Shown here in pieces: positions 11,177 to 20,000 of a stretch of 20,000 nt of DNA; position 1 is the first letter of the stretch, and each line of letters begins with the position of its first letter. The notes beneath the pieces are model-generated. The model did no database searches, was not told the DNA's origin, and saw only the letters and a list, made by a program, of their open reading frames with translations. The DNA is taken from positions 87,602,434-87,622,433 of the forward strand of contig NC_057718.1 of NCBI RefSeq assembly GCF_004010195.1. Reading direction: 5' to 3'. A program made the position numbers and the translations under genes. The DNA comes from Chiloscyllium plagiosum. Lineage: Eukaryota.

Positions 11177-12040
11177 CAGATGCATTGTTAATAACAGTTG
11201 TATTATCTAGCTAGTGATGGTCAGCTCATGTGTCAGGTATCTGACTCACTTCATTATTGAGCAGTTGAGCATGTTTAGCTATCTGATGCTCTTTTGTTCT
11301 GCTTCGGACTGTCCAGATATCTAACATGCTTTTACTAATGTATAGTTTGAGTAAGTTCACATATCTGAGACAGTCTTACTTAATGCTAAACTTAAAATGT
11401 TCAAGTATTTGACACACTTACCACCATCTTTTTGAGCTCAGGTCTTCTCTTACATTGTTAGCAACTATCTGTTTGTGTGTTCAGTTTTCACAGTGTTGTT
11501 CATGGTCATTTTGAATGTTGAAGAAATTTGATCTATTGTAACTAATAGTCAGTTTGAGAATATCTAGGGTCAGTTGAAGGTTTAAAGTTCTGTTGCAAAT
11601 GCAATTGATGAGCATTTAGGTATATGATGAACTTTTTCAATAGTCAGCTCATAAAAGTTCAGGTACTTTGCACACAAAAAGTTATTTTGAACATATTCAG
11701 GTATCTGATGCACTTGCACACCAGTCTATTTGATTCTTTCAAATACCTGAACACATTGTTAGTAATGATCAGTCCCCGTGTGGTTAGTTTTTTTGGCACA
11801 TTGTTGCAAATCATCAGTTTTAGTATGTTCAGGTAAATGATACTCATTATTGCTAAAATAATACTTCAAGCATGTCCTAGTATCCATCTGTTACATGCTA
11901 GGTCCAGAGTGTGTCAAGTTATTTAATACACTGGTACCAATGGTCATTGAGTACTGTAGTATCTGATGCGCTGACAGTCCATGCGTGTTTACCTACCTGA
12001 TGTTCAATTATGAATAGTCTGAGTGTATTCACCTGTCTGA

Positions 12041-12132
12041 TGAACTGTTAACAATGATCAATTGCATAATCACATATCTGGCACATTGAACTGTTAACAA
12101 TGATCAATTGCATAATCACATATCTGGCACAT
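12041..12132. repeat. Perfect 46-bp tandem duplication inside the degenerate array
   Basis: TGAACTGTTAACAATGATCAATTGCATAATCACATATCTGGCACAT at 12041-12086 and 12087-12132. Confidence 0.95.
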
Positions 12133-13920
12133 TATTACTAATGGTCAATTAGAGCGGGCAGTTTTCTGGCATGTTGTTACCAATGAGTTATCTGGGTATG
12201 TTCAGGTATTTGATGTGTTGTCACGAACAGCCAGTTCATATCTGTTCAGTATTCTGTTGCAGTGTCACTCCTGTTCAGTTAGGCTATACATATTAATGTA
12301 TTTTAAGTCTTGTCCAAGTAATTGGCACACTGTTGCCAGAAGATAAATCAAGCATGTTCAGTTATCTAACACACTGGTTTTAGGTTATTCAGGTGTCTCG
12401 GGTATTCTTATTAATGGTAAACACCAGTGTATTCCACTTTCTGAAGCAGGGTTGCTAACAGCCAGTTTGAGTATGTTCTGATATCGGATACACTATTTAT
12501 AATCACTTCTGCTATATTCAGATTGTTGATAGTCTATAACTTGAATGTATTTTGGTGAAACTCCATTTTATACACGAACTTGAATTGAGTATCACTTTGT
12601 GAAGTGAAATTCTTTTGCATTGACAGCCATTGTCTCTTCTGCATTTATGTGGAGAGATCAAATTCTGTTTAGTCAGATCTCTGAGGTCTTTGACTTCAGG
12701 AAAATAAATCCAGTTACAGTTGGCCACCAGTTACTTTGATAATTCGCTGGTTTTTATCTTAGAAATTAAGTTTCCATTGTGTTCAAGTGTTCTGAGCCCC
12801 ACAAGACGTGGTTCACAATGTATGAACATAAGCTTCCACCAGAGCTTTGTAAAATCTGATTATTTTACATATCATTTCTATTTCTCACACATTCCTAAGA
12901 AGTTCTATGATGCAGTATCAATATCACAGCAAATTAGTCTCAAGTCCAGGCTATAGGCTTCCCTTCTGTGTGGAAAGAGCCAGTCTTTCGGATGTCCCCC
13001 AATATTAAAGGTCTAGGACATAGGCTTCCTGAAAATGTAGAAGAACTCAGTATATAGATTGTCTTGATAAATTGTTGCATTTTTAATTCTTTGCTGTTTA
13101 GGATATGAGGCATAAAAAAACAGCCAAGAGTGGAATACCTCCTTGAATAATTAATTTTATTGGCTCAATAGTTTTACAAGCAAACATGCATCCAGTCTTA
13201 TCTGGAGTTGCAAAGTTGAGATTTCTTCTGGATAACTGAGAGATTAATTTTTAGATGACGTCTTCTTTGAATTGCTTCTTGTTCTGTTCATTGGAGATCT
13301 CTGTAAAAGTGTTTTTATATCCTTTTTTGTTGCTGCAAAGCACTTGCTCATGTCTTTGACAGTTTCTCTTAGATTTCCAAGGTCCAGCCAGACAGCTGCC
13401 TTATCTTTTAACTTGCACTAATCTGTTTAAAAGTACAGTAAGTCTCTTGAATAACTTTGTCTCCAACAGTCCAAAATGACAATAGTATGCATGAATTTTA
13501 TCAAGCTTTCCCAGCATGCCAGTTGATTTTCATCAAATTTAATAGTTCTATGTTCTTTGTTAAATATTTTTAACCAAGTTTTGCTTTTACAACAAACCAA
13601 TGTAGGGTTTCTGGCCCATTTCGTTTTAGTTTTCCTTCAAATCTGGCATTAAAAATTTATGTCGAAAAGTCCTGCATTCTTTAGTTATCCCACAAGTGAG
13701 TGGGAGAAGAGGAACTTACTTTAAATTTGACGATTCTTTGAATCTGAGTTGTACTTAGCACAGATATTATCCAGCTTTGTTGTTACAAAAAAATTGAAGT
13801 CACTGTGGCATTGACACAAAAGCCCTTTTCCTCATACAAATGAAGAGAAAATGTGGCTCTCAAAACACCATGTAATAGCAAAAGGAGTAGACATAACGTT
13901 CACACAACGATGTGATTCAG

Positions 13921-13969
13921 AGATTTCTCATGTGCAGAGTTTTCTCGTGCAGATTTCTCATGTACATAG
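13921..13969. repeat. Short imperfect tandem repeat (TTTCTCATGTGCAGA-like x3)
   Basis: Read directly from the sequence. Confidence 0.65.
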
Positions 13970-14487
13970 TTCTGTGATAAGATTCTGATCTGAGTGGTTT
14001 CAAGCAACAAACTTTAATATAACTGATGAATAACTGTATATAGGTTTTATACAACTATCCTATATTGGGTAGCAATCAATCAATACAGTGTCCTGTAGTC
14101 CCTTAATGATGTGCCATTCAAGCTGATCAGCTTGCAGTCTTCTGTGGATGGACTTCCAACTATCTAAGGGACTCTGAATGAAGTTGAGAGTAAAATACTC
14201 CCATTCTCCCACTGCTTAGCTACCTTTCTCTACACCAATACATGGCTATGAGCCAGTTGCCTTGCACATAATAGATTTTTGCACAAGATCATGCCACAAG
14301 TGCTATCAGAAGCAAGCTATGTCTTCACTTTCAGACTTTTTTATGGCAAGATCATAGAGAGGTGGGAGAGGACAGGAGATCTGAGGTGACTGCTTATTTC
14401 TTACCTGCATGTTAATGGACAGGCTTAATGTTTAATAATTTTTTTTAAAAATTAAATTTTAAATTTTGATCCATTGTAACAAAGTAT

Positions 14488-14570
14488 TTAGGAATATTAA
14501 AGCAGGACTGTGAAATTCAGCCCTATCGAGCCTGCTCTTTCATTTACTTGGATCATAGCTAATCATTTAC
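14488..14570 (-). mobile_element. CR1 LINE 3' end fragment (probably continues, decayed, at ~14870-15150)
   Basis: ATTCAGCCCTATCGAGCCTGCTC...GGATCATAGCTAATC resembles the reverse of a shark CR1 3' terminus. Confidence 0.6.
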
Positions 14571-14575
14571 TTCAG

Positions 14576-14815
14576 AAACAGAAAATGTTAGAAGTACTCA
14601 GTAGATCAGGCAACATTTGTGGAGAGAGATACAAAGTCAACATTTTAGATTATTGGGCTTTCGTCATCTGTTCCATTTCTGATGAAAAATCATTGACCTG
14701 AAATGTTAACATAGTATCTGTCCGCAGAAGCTGCCAGGTCCACTGAGTGTTTCCTGCAAATTTTCAAAATTTCATTTTCAGTATTCTTGATGCTGCAGTA
14801 TTTCCTTTTATTTTT
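14576..14815. mobile_element. Palindromic Penelope-derived mini-element
   Basis: Inverted arms (GAAAATGTTAGAAGTACTCAGTAGATCAGGCAAC versus GCTGCCAGGTCCACTGAGTGTTTCCTGCAAATTTTC) around a CTGATGA...GAAA core. Confidence 0.75.
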
Positions 14816-15329
14816 AGTTTTACTTAGTGCACTGTTTTACTTCAGTTTTACTTGGTGCAGTCTTCTTTGGAATACCATACCTGTTTTAGCCCCCACTCCC
14901 ACATCCTCAGCAATTTTATCAGAAATTGCCATCAAGGCCTATTAAGTTAAATTTTTGAAAATGTAATCATTTCTCCTCATCACTGTCCTATTATTTGATG
15001 ACATTCTCCTGAGGGCTTAAATTTTTAAAACTTCTTGCACTATTACTTTTCCTGCTCTATAATTCTGCAGTGACTTGCAATGCAGAAGAAATACACTTGA
15101 TAAACCTCACTATCACCATTGACCGTGGTTCTTGAAAACCAGAATCACTCGTACTAAAGAACAGAAGACCCATTGTGGAGTTTCTGGAACGTCCTGTAAA
15201 GGGTTAATGGGCATAGCATGCATTTGTCAAATTTTTTCCCATACCATACGATTTACACTGAAGAAACAGACTATTCAGATCAACATATACATACTGGTGT
15301 TTATACTGTACATGTTCTCCTTTCTCCTT

Positions 15330-15620
15330 CCTCCTTACCAATTCAGCTAATCAATATAACCTCTATTCCTTTATCATAAACATATGGAGAAGATGGATCA
15401 GTATCTAAATGATTCATTTCAATTAGTCCATGTGGTAGCAAGTTCCACATTCTCACCGTTTGTTGAATCACAATGTTGCTCTGAATTCCTAATTGCATTT
15501 CTTTAGTTTCTATCTTACATTTACTGTCCTTAGTTCTCTTTCTGACAAGATGAAACATTTCCTCTGTGTCAAGCCTGTTGAACCCTTCATTGTTTTAGTC
15601 AGTAATTGGCTTACCTCCCA
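15330..15620 (-). mobile_element. CR1 LINE ORF2 3' fragment
   Basis: The ORF 15343..15558(-) contains QQTVRMWNLLP, like the CR1 C-terminal motif F.QRVV.WN.LP. Confidence 0.65.
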
Positions 15621-16114
15621 GTATTTGTAATCACGCATGAGATGTAGTTTCCAGTGGCAAGGTCAGCATTTATTGCCTATTCCTAATTGATTGGGGAATC
15701 GGGTGGAAAGCAGCCATCTTAAACCACTGCAGTTCTTCTGGTGTGGGTGCACCCACAAATGGGTAGGGAATTTGAGGATTTTACCCAGGGAAAACGAAGG
15801 AATGACAATACATTTCCATGTCGGTTAATGTGTGTCTAGGAGTAGAACTTTAATATAGTGGTCTTCACATGCCTTCCACCTTCTAGGTGGCAAAAACAAA
15901 CACACACACACTGGGGAGGTACTATTGAAGAAAGCTTAGTAAGTTGCAGCAGTGTATCATGTAGATGTGCGCCAGTGGTTGAGGGAGTGAATCTGTAAAG
16001 CAGTGATGAATGCAGTACCAGTCAAATGAGTTTCTTTGCTCTTGACATTTTTGAACTCCTCACGTGTTATTGGAAATGGACTCAAGTAGGGAAGTACGGA
16101 CTATTCCATCACAT

Positions 16115-16222
16115 TGGGAGATGCTGGAGATCAGAGTCAAAAGGTATGGCACTGAAAAAGCACAGCTGGTCAGGCAGCATCTGAGGAGCGGAAAGTCGAC
16201 GTTTTGAGCATAAGCTCTTCAC
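16115..16222. mobile_element. Short Penelope-associated insertion with 10-bp target-site duplication
   Basis: Similar to 19859-19961; flanked by TCCATCACAT at 16105-16114 and 16223-16232. Confidence 0.85.
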
Positions 16223-16292
16223 TCCATCACATAGCAGACTTGTGCCTTGTAGATGGTGGACAGGCTCTGGGTGGTTGGAAGTTGAGTCACTT

Positions 16293-16825
16293 ATCGAGTC
16301 ATAGTCCAACTCATCCATGCAGACCAGATATCCCAACCCAATATAGTCCCATCTGCCAGCACCTAGCCCATATCCCTCCAAATCCTTCCTGTTCTTATAC
16401 CCTGTTCAGATGCCTTTTAAGTGTTGCAATTGTACCAGCCTCTACCACTTCCTCTGGCAGCCCATTCCAAACATGCACCACCCTCTGTGTGGAAAAGTTG
16501 CCCCTTAGGTCTCTTTTATATCTTGCCCCTCTCACCCTAAATCTATGCATTCTAGTTCTAGACTCCCCCATCCCAGGGAAAATACCTTGTCTGTTTACCC
16601 TATCCATGCCCTTCATGATTTTGTAAACCTTTATAAGGTCACCCATCAGCTTCCGATGCTCCAGGGAAAACAGCCCCAGCCTATTCANNNNNNNNNNNNN
16701 NNNNGTTTCACAACATCCTTCCGATAGGAGGGAGACAAGAATTGCAAGCAATATTCCAAAAGTGGCCTAACCAATGTCCTGTACAGCCTCAACATGACCG
16801 TCCAATTCTTGTACTCAGTACTCTG
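16293..16825 (-). mobile_element. Younger CR1 (HER1-like) LINE 3' fragment; contains an assembly gap
   Basis: ORFs give LRLYRTLVRPLLEYCLQFLSPSYRKDV and RLGLFSLEHRKLMGDLIKVYKIMKG...FSTQRVVHVWNGLP, the typical CR1 ORF2 C-terminus. Confidence 0.92.
16688..16704. other. Assembly gap (N run)
   Basis: Run of about 16-17 N. Confidence 0.95.
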
Positions 16826-16992
16826 ACCTTGCTGCAAGATTCCCAGGCTTTGAGCTGTTCTTATAGTCACAGTATTTCTATAGCTAGTCCCATTTGTTTT
16901 CTGATCAGTGGTGAAGCCCTCAGAATGTTGTTTTGGAGGATTGCACTGCTGGAAGTGCCATTAGATTTTAAAGGGAGAAAGGTAGACTGTTG

Positions 16993-17148
16993 GCACAGAA
17001 AATGCTGGAAAGACTTAGACAATATTAGTGACAAGGGAAATAGTTAACATTTCAGATTAACTATTTTTCTCTACAGATGCTTCTTAGCCTCCTTAATATA
17101 ATCAGAATTTTCTATTTTTCTTCAGATTTGCGGCATCCATGCTATTTG
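16993..17148. mobile_element. Palindromic Penelope-derived mini-element, internally deleted, inserted in the old LINE
   Basis: CAGAAAATGCTGGAAA...AGTTAACATTTC...CAGATGCT...TTTTCTATTTTTCTTCAGATTT, similar to 14576-14815. Confidence 0.65.
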
Positions 17149-18229
17149 TTTTTGTTTTCTTTGTTGGAGGTAGTCATATCCAACACTCTTGCCACTTTAT
17201 CAGTCAAGTCCTGCAGGTTGTCCAAGTCGTACTGCATGTAGGCACAGACTGTTTCATTATTTGACAATTTGCAAATGACACTGAACACTCTGCAATCATC
17301 AGCAAACTTGGCTCTTCTGACCTCACGGTGGAGGGAAAGATCATTGATGAAGCACCTAAAAAGGGTTGGATTTGGTACACTGCCTTCAGGAACTCCTGTC
17401 TTGAGATGATGTGCTGGAATCATGAGTCTGCCACACCAGAGTCATCTTGCTTATTGTTCATTTTAAATCCAGCCAGTTGAACATTTGCATTCCTGATTCC
17501 AGATTGTTCTAGAGTTCCATAATCAAATGCTGCCTGCCTTATTTCTGGAATTCAGTTCTTCTCTCCATGTTTTGGATCCAGTCTTGAATGAGTCTGGAGA
17601 AATTGATCCTGGCAGAGATATTGGTGAGTGCAACTTTAATGAACTGTTAGTAGCACTTTCCATTGCTTTGCTGACGATTGGAAATAGTCTTGGTTGTGGG
17701 TAGGTGTGTGATTAGATTTGATCTGACCTTTGTGGATGGGACACATATGGGCAGTTTTTGGCTTTGCAGGGTAGATGTCACTGCTATTGCTATTCTGGAT
17801 GGCTTAAGACAAGAGGCATGCATTTTTCTGAAGCATAACCTTTCAGCACTGTAGCCGAGATGTTGTCAGCTCAGCGGTTGGGATTGTTTCATTGTTCTGG
17901 TTCCTTTCCTGTGATTTGATTATTTTGGTTTATTTCCTGCTATTCACTAGTAAAATTGTTTAGAGATGACTTGTTGAGCTGATTGTGCAGCTGTGTCTGG
18001 AAGACTGTTAATCTGTTCATCGAGGGGCAAAGGGCACACATTGGAGGGGCTGCCGCTGGGTGATAATGCTTGATTGAATACTTTTAGAATGCAATACTTT
18101 CACCATTCTGAAGAATTATTGTGAACAAATTTGCTTGGTTTAAAAACTTACAAAAAATATAACTTTAGAATTGTAAAACACATTATGTTTACACACTGCT
18201 TTAAATAATGAGTATTAGTTTCTATATGT

Positions 18230-18745
18230 TGTCTTGTGGGGGAGCAAATGGTTCTTCTTGAATTTGCATTGGTGGAAACAACTTGAAAGAAGTGGACTCA
18301 TTGAAAATGATGTTTTCAGGATGTGGGCATCTCTGGATATGATGGCAGCTATTGTGATTCAGAGAAGGAATAAGCCATTTTTGGGGTACCAGTTTATAAC
18401 CTGCCAGCATACTGTTTGGATCTCAGATCGTTATATACTTGTATCTGTATCAGTTGCTCAGATGAGTTAACCGAGAGCAATGTGTGAAGTTTAGGGACAA
18501 AAACTAGACAAGGAAAGCAAGCCATAAGGAGAACATTTAGACTGTCAAAGAGAGTAATACATACAGAGTAAATAATTGAACAAGAAGGTAACATTGGAAT
18601 ATAATAAGGGAATGTATGAAATCTTCCACTTTGGGATGATGAGGAAACAATAATTTGTTTTTAAAGATGAGTGCACAATAAATGTCGAGATTTAATGGAA
18701 TTTGTGTGACCTTGTGCATAAATCATAAAAGTTAACATGCAGGTA
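18230..18745 (+). mobile_element. Decayed CR1 LINE RT fragment
   Basis: Degenerate similarity to the CR1 RT C-terminus (EYN..YEIFHFG; DL..LVHKS.KVNMQV in 18595-18745). Confidence 0.65.
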
Positions 18746-19249
18746 ACCTTTGGCAGTCTTCTGTGTTGTGAGATGCTGATTTGCACCTTGGTGATAAACT
18801 GTGTTAAATGTCGCCAGGTATCCTTCAGAAACTGTATTCTGGCAGGGCAGAGCCTGCTGCGCTCACTGCTGATGTAGACAATGGATTGAAGAGGTGAGAG
18901 ACTTGCTGGCTTCTGTTTCTCTGGGCCCTGTTCTTAGCCAGCTAAGATTTCCATTCCATTTTATTTCGTCCAGTGCGCCCCCCCCCTCCACTACCAACAT
19001 ACATACACGCAACAAACACTGGTCAGCCTCCCACCAGTCACACCCTTTTGGCAGCTGTTTTCCAGTTGTCCGGGTCCCCGTCTGCCACTGTCATAAGCTC
19101 CCTTGCAGCTGTTCTTCTAACAGAGGTGTGGATATCCAACAGGTCATGACCTAGTGGCTGGCTAACCAAACAAACACAGGGCCTTTGGGTATACAGTTAT
19201 TGTGTTTGTGAAACTTAGATCCATTGTCACAAATGTCAGTACTGATTTT

Positions 19250-19587
19250 GTTTTTACTCATTCACTGGATAAGGGCGTCAGTGGCTAGGCCAGTATTTAT
19301 TTCCCATCCCTAATTGTCCAGAGGGCATTAAGAGTCAGCCTCATTGCTGTGGGTCTGGAGTCACATGGTGAAGATGGCAGTTTCCTTCAGCACACTAGTG
19401 AACCAGGTGGGTTTTTCTGACTATTGGCAATGGATTTATAGTACTCATTAGATTCTTTAATTCCAGATATTTTTTAATTCAAATCCCTCCATCTGCCATG
19501 GTGGGATTTGAACCTGGGTGCCCAGGGCATTACCTGGGTTTCCGGATTGGCAAACCGGCAATAGTACCATTAGGTCCTTGACTCCCC
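19250..19587 (-). mobile_element. tRNA-derived SINE (Deu/SacSINE1-like)
   Basis: On the minus strand, an A-box-like head and B-box GGTTCAAATCC (~19503-19515). The 3' tail matches the 3' end of the LINE at 15635-15690. Confidence 0.8.
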
Positions 19588-19689
19588 TAACCGATGGCAT
19601 TATGACTGTGATTTGGACTACAATGTTTGTGTTTCTGATTCTAATGGTCAAATCAAACTCTCAACAGATGGGAGAGTCTGTGTTACTAC

Positions 19690-19838
19690 AGGTATTTCTC
19701 AGTATGGAATATTAGTGAGGCATCATTGGCATAGAGCAAACGCATTGAGGACTTGGCGCACTTTATTCTTGATCTCAAGTGGATGTAGCTAAAAAGCTGT
19801 CCATCGATTCTGATGTGTAAGTGGACACCCTCTGTATA
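19690..19838 (-). mobile_element. RTE-clade LINE reverse transcriptase fragment
   Basis: Translation EGVHLHIRIDGQLFSYIHLRSRIK...LLYANDASLIFHTE resembles RTE RT (G...R.DG.LFN...L...TK....LLFADDAAL..HSE). Confidence 0.75.
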
Positions 19839-19840
19839 TA

Positions 19841-20000
19841 GGAGAAAGTGAGGACTGCAGATGCTGGAGATCAGAGCTGAAAATGTGTTGCTGGAAAAGT
19901 GCAGCGGGTCAGGCAGCGTCAAAGGAGAAGGAGAATCGACGTTTCGGGCATGAGCCCTTCTTCAGGAATGAGGAGGGTGTGCCAAGCAGGCTAAGATAAA
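19841..20000. mobile_element. Young Penelope-associated element, truncated by the window end
   Basis: GAGAAAGTGAGGACTGCAGATGCTGGAGATCAGAG...; CpGs retained; carries a hammerhead-like core. Confidence 0.8.
19931..19972 (-). ncRNA. Minimal hammerhead-ribozyme-like motif
   Basis: Minus strand reads CUGAAGA-A-GGGC(UCAU)GCCC-GAAAC-GUC: core boxes, a 4-bp stem II and a GUC triplet. Stem I is weak and stem III is rudimentary. Confidence 0.55.

Larger units (their letters stand above)
9150..12520 (+). repeat. Highly degenerate ~44-bp tandem array (approx. consensus TTCAGGTATCTGACACACTGTTACTAATGGTCAGTTTGAGCATG), interrupted at 10265-11176
   Basis: The unit-start motif recurs at about 9399, 9443, 9486, 9532, 9573, 9621, 9663, 9706 and 9750 (spacing 41-48) and continues through 11180-12500. 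Confidence 0.85.
15635..17870 (-). mobile_element. Old CR1/jockey-group LINE (RT domain to 3' end), fragmented by three later insertions
   Basis: The ORF 17142..17423(-) reads GVPEGSVPNPTLFRCFINDL...KFADDC (RT motifs GVPQGS and FADD). Colinear segments at about 15635-16114, 16233-16292, 16826-16990 and 17150-17870. Confidence 0.85.

Noticed and set aside
9150..12520. CRISPR-like repeat-spacer array or repetitive coding region
   Set aside because: Whole units are homologous and degenerate rather than identical repeats with unique spacers; no cas genes; vertebrate context; no long ORF and the period is not a steady multiple of 3.
18846..18893. Possible exon 2 (CAG|...GAG|GTGAGA, 48 nt)
   Set aside because: Weak polypyrimidine tract, and a TGA stop in the phase-0 frame required by exon 1.
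19500..19587. tRNA genes here and at 1629-1680
   Set aside because: These are decayed SINE heads without a full cloverleaf.

Overview
Eukaryotic genomic DNA, most likely from a shark (elasmobranch). This rests on repeats resembling the HE1/V-SINE and Deu-SINE, CR1/HER1, L2 and RTE LINEs, and Penelope-associated elements; family names are recalled, not database-searched. Most of the window is decayed and nested transposons, and nearly all ORFs in the track are spurious or TE-derived. The main host feature is a CpG-rich promoter region (~7.1-9.4 kb) of a + strand gene, with a probable non-coding exon ending at 8588 and a first coding exon at 8826-8924 (33 aa, phase-0 donor). The rest of the window is probably its long intron. 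That intron starts with a ~3.3 kb, highly decayed ~44-bp tandem array rich in TTCAG|GTA motifs, interrupted by a nested hairpin-forming insertion. Several Penelope-type repeats carry hammerhead-ribozyme-like cores, nearly intact at 19938-19965. Also present: a Harbinger-like Myb/SANT gene relic with an inverted duplication, two probable solo LTRs, and a candidate enhancer with a perfect AGGTCATGACCT palindrome.
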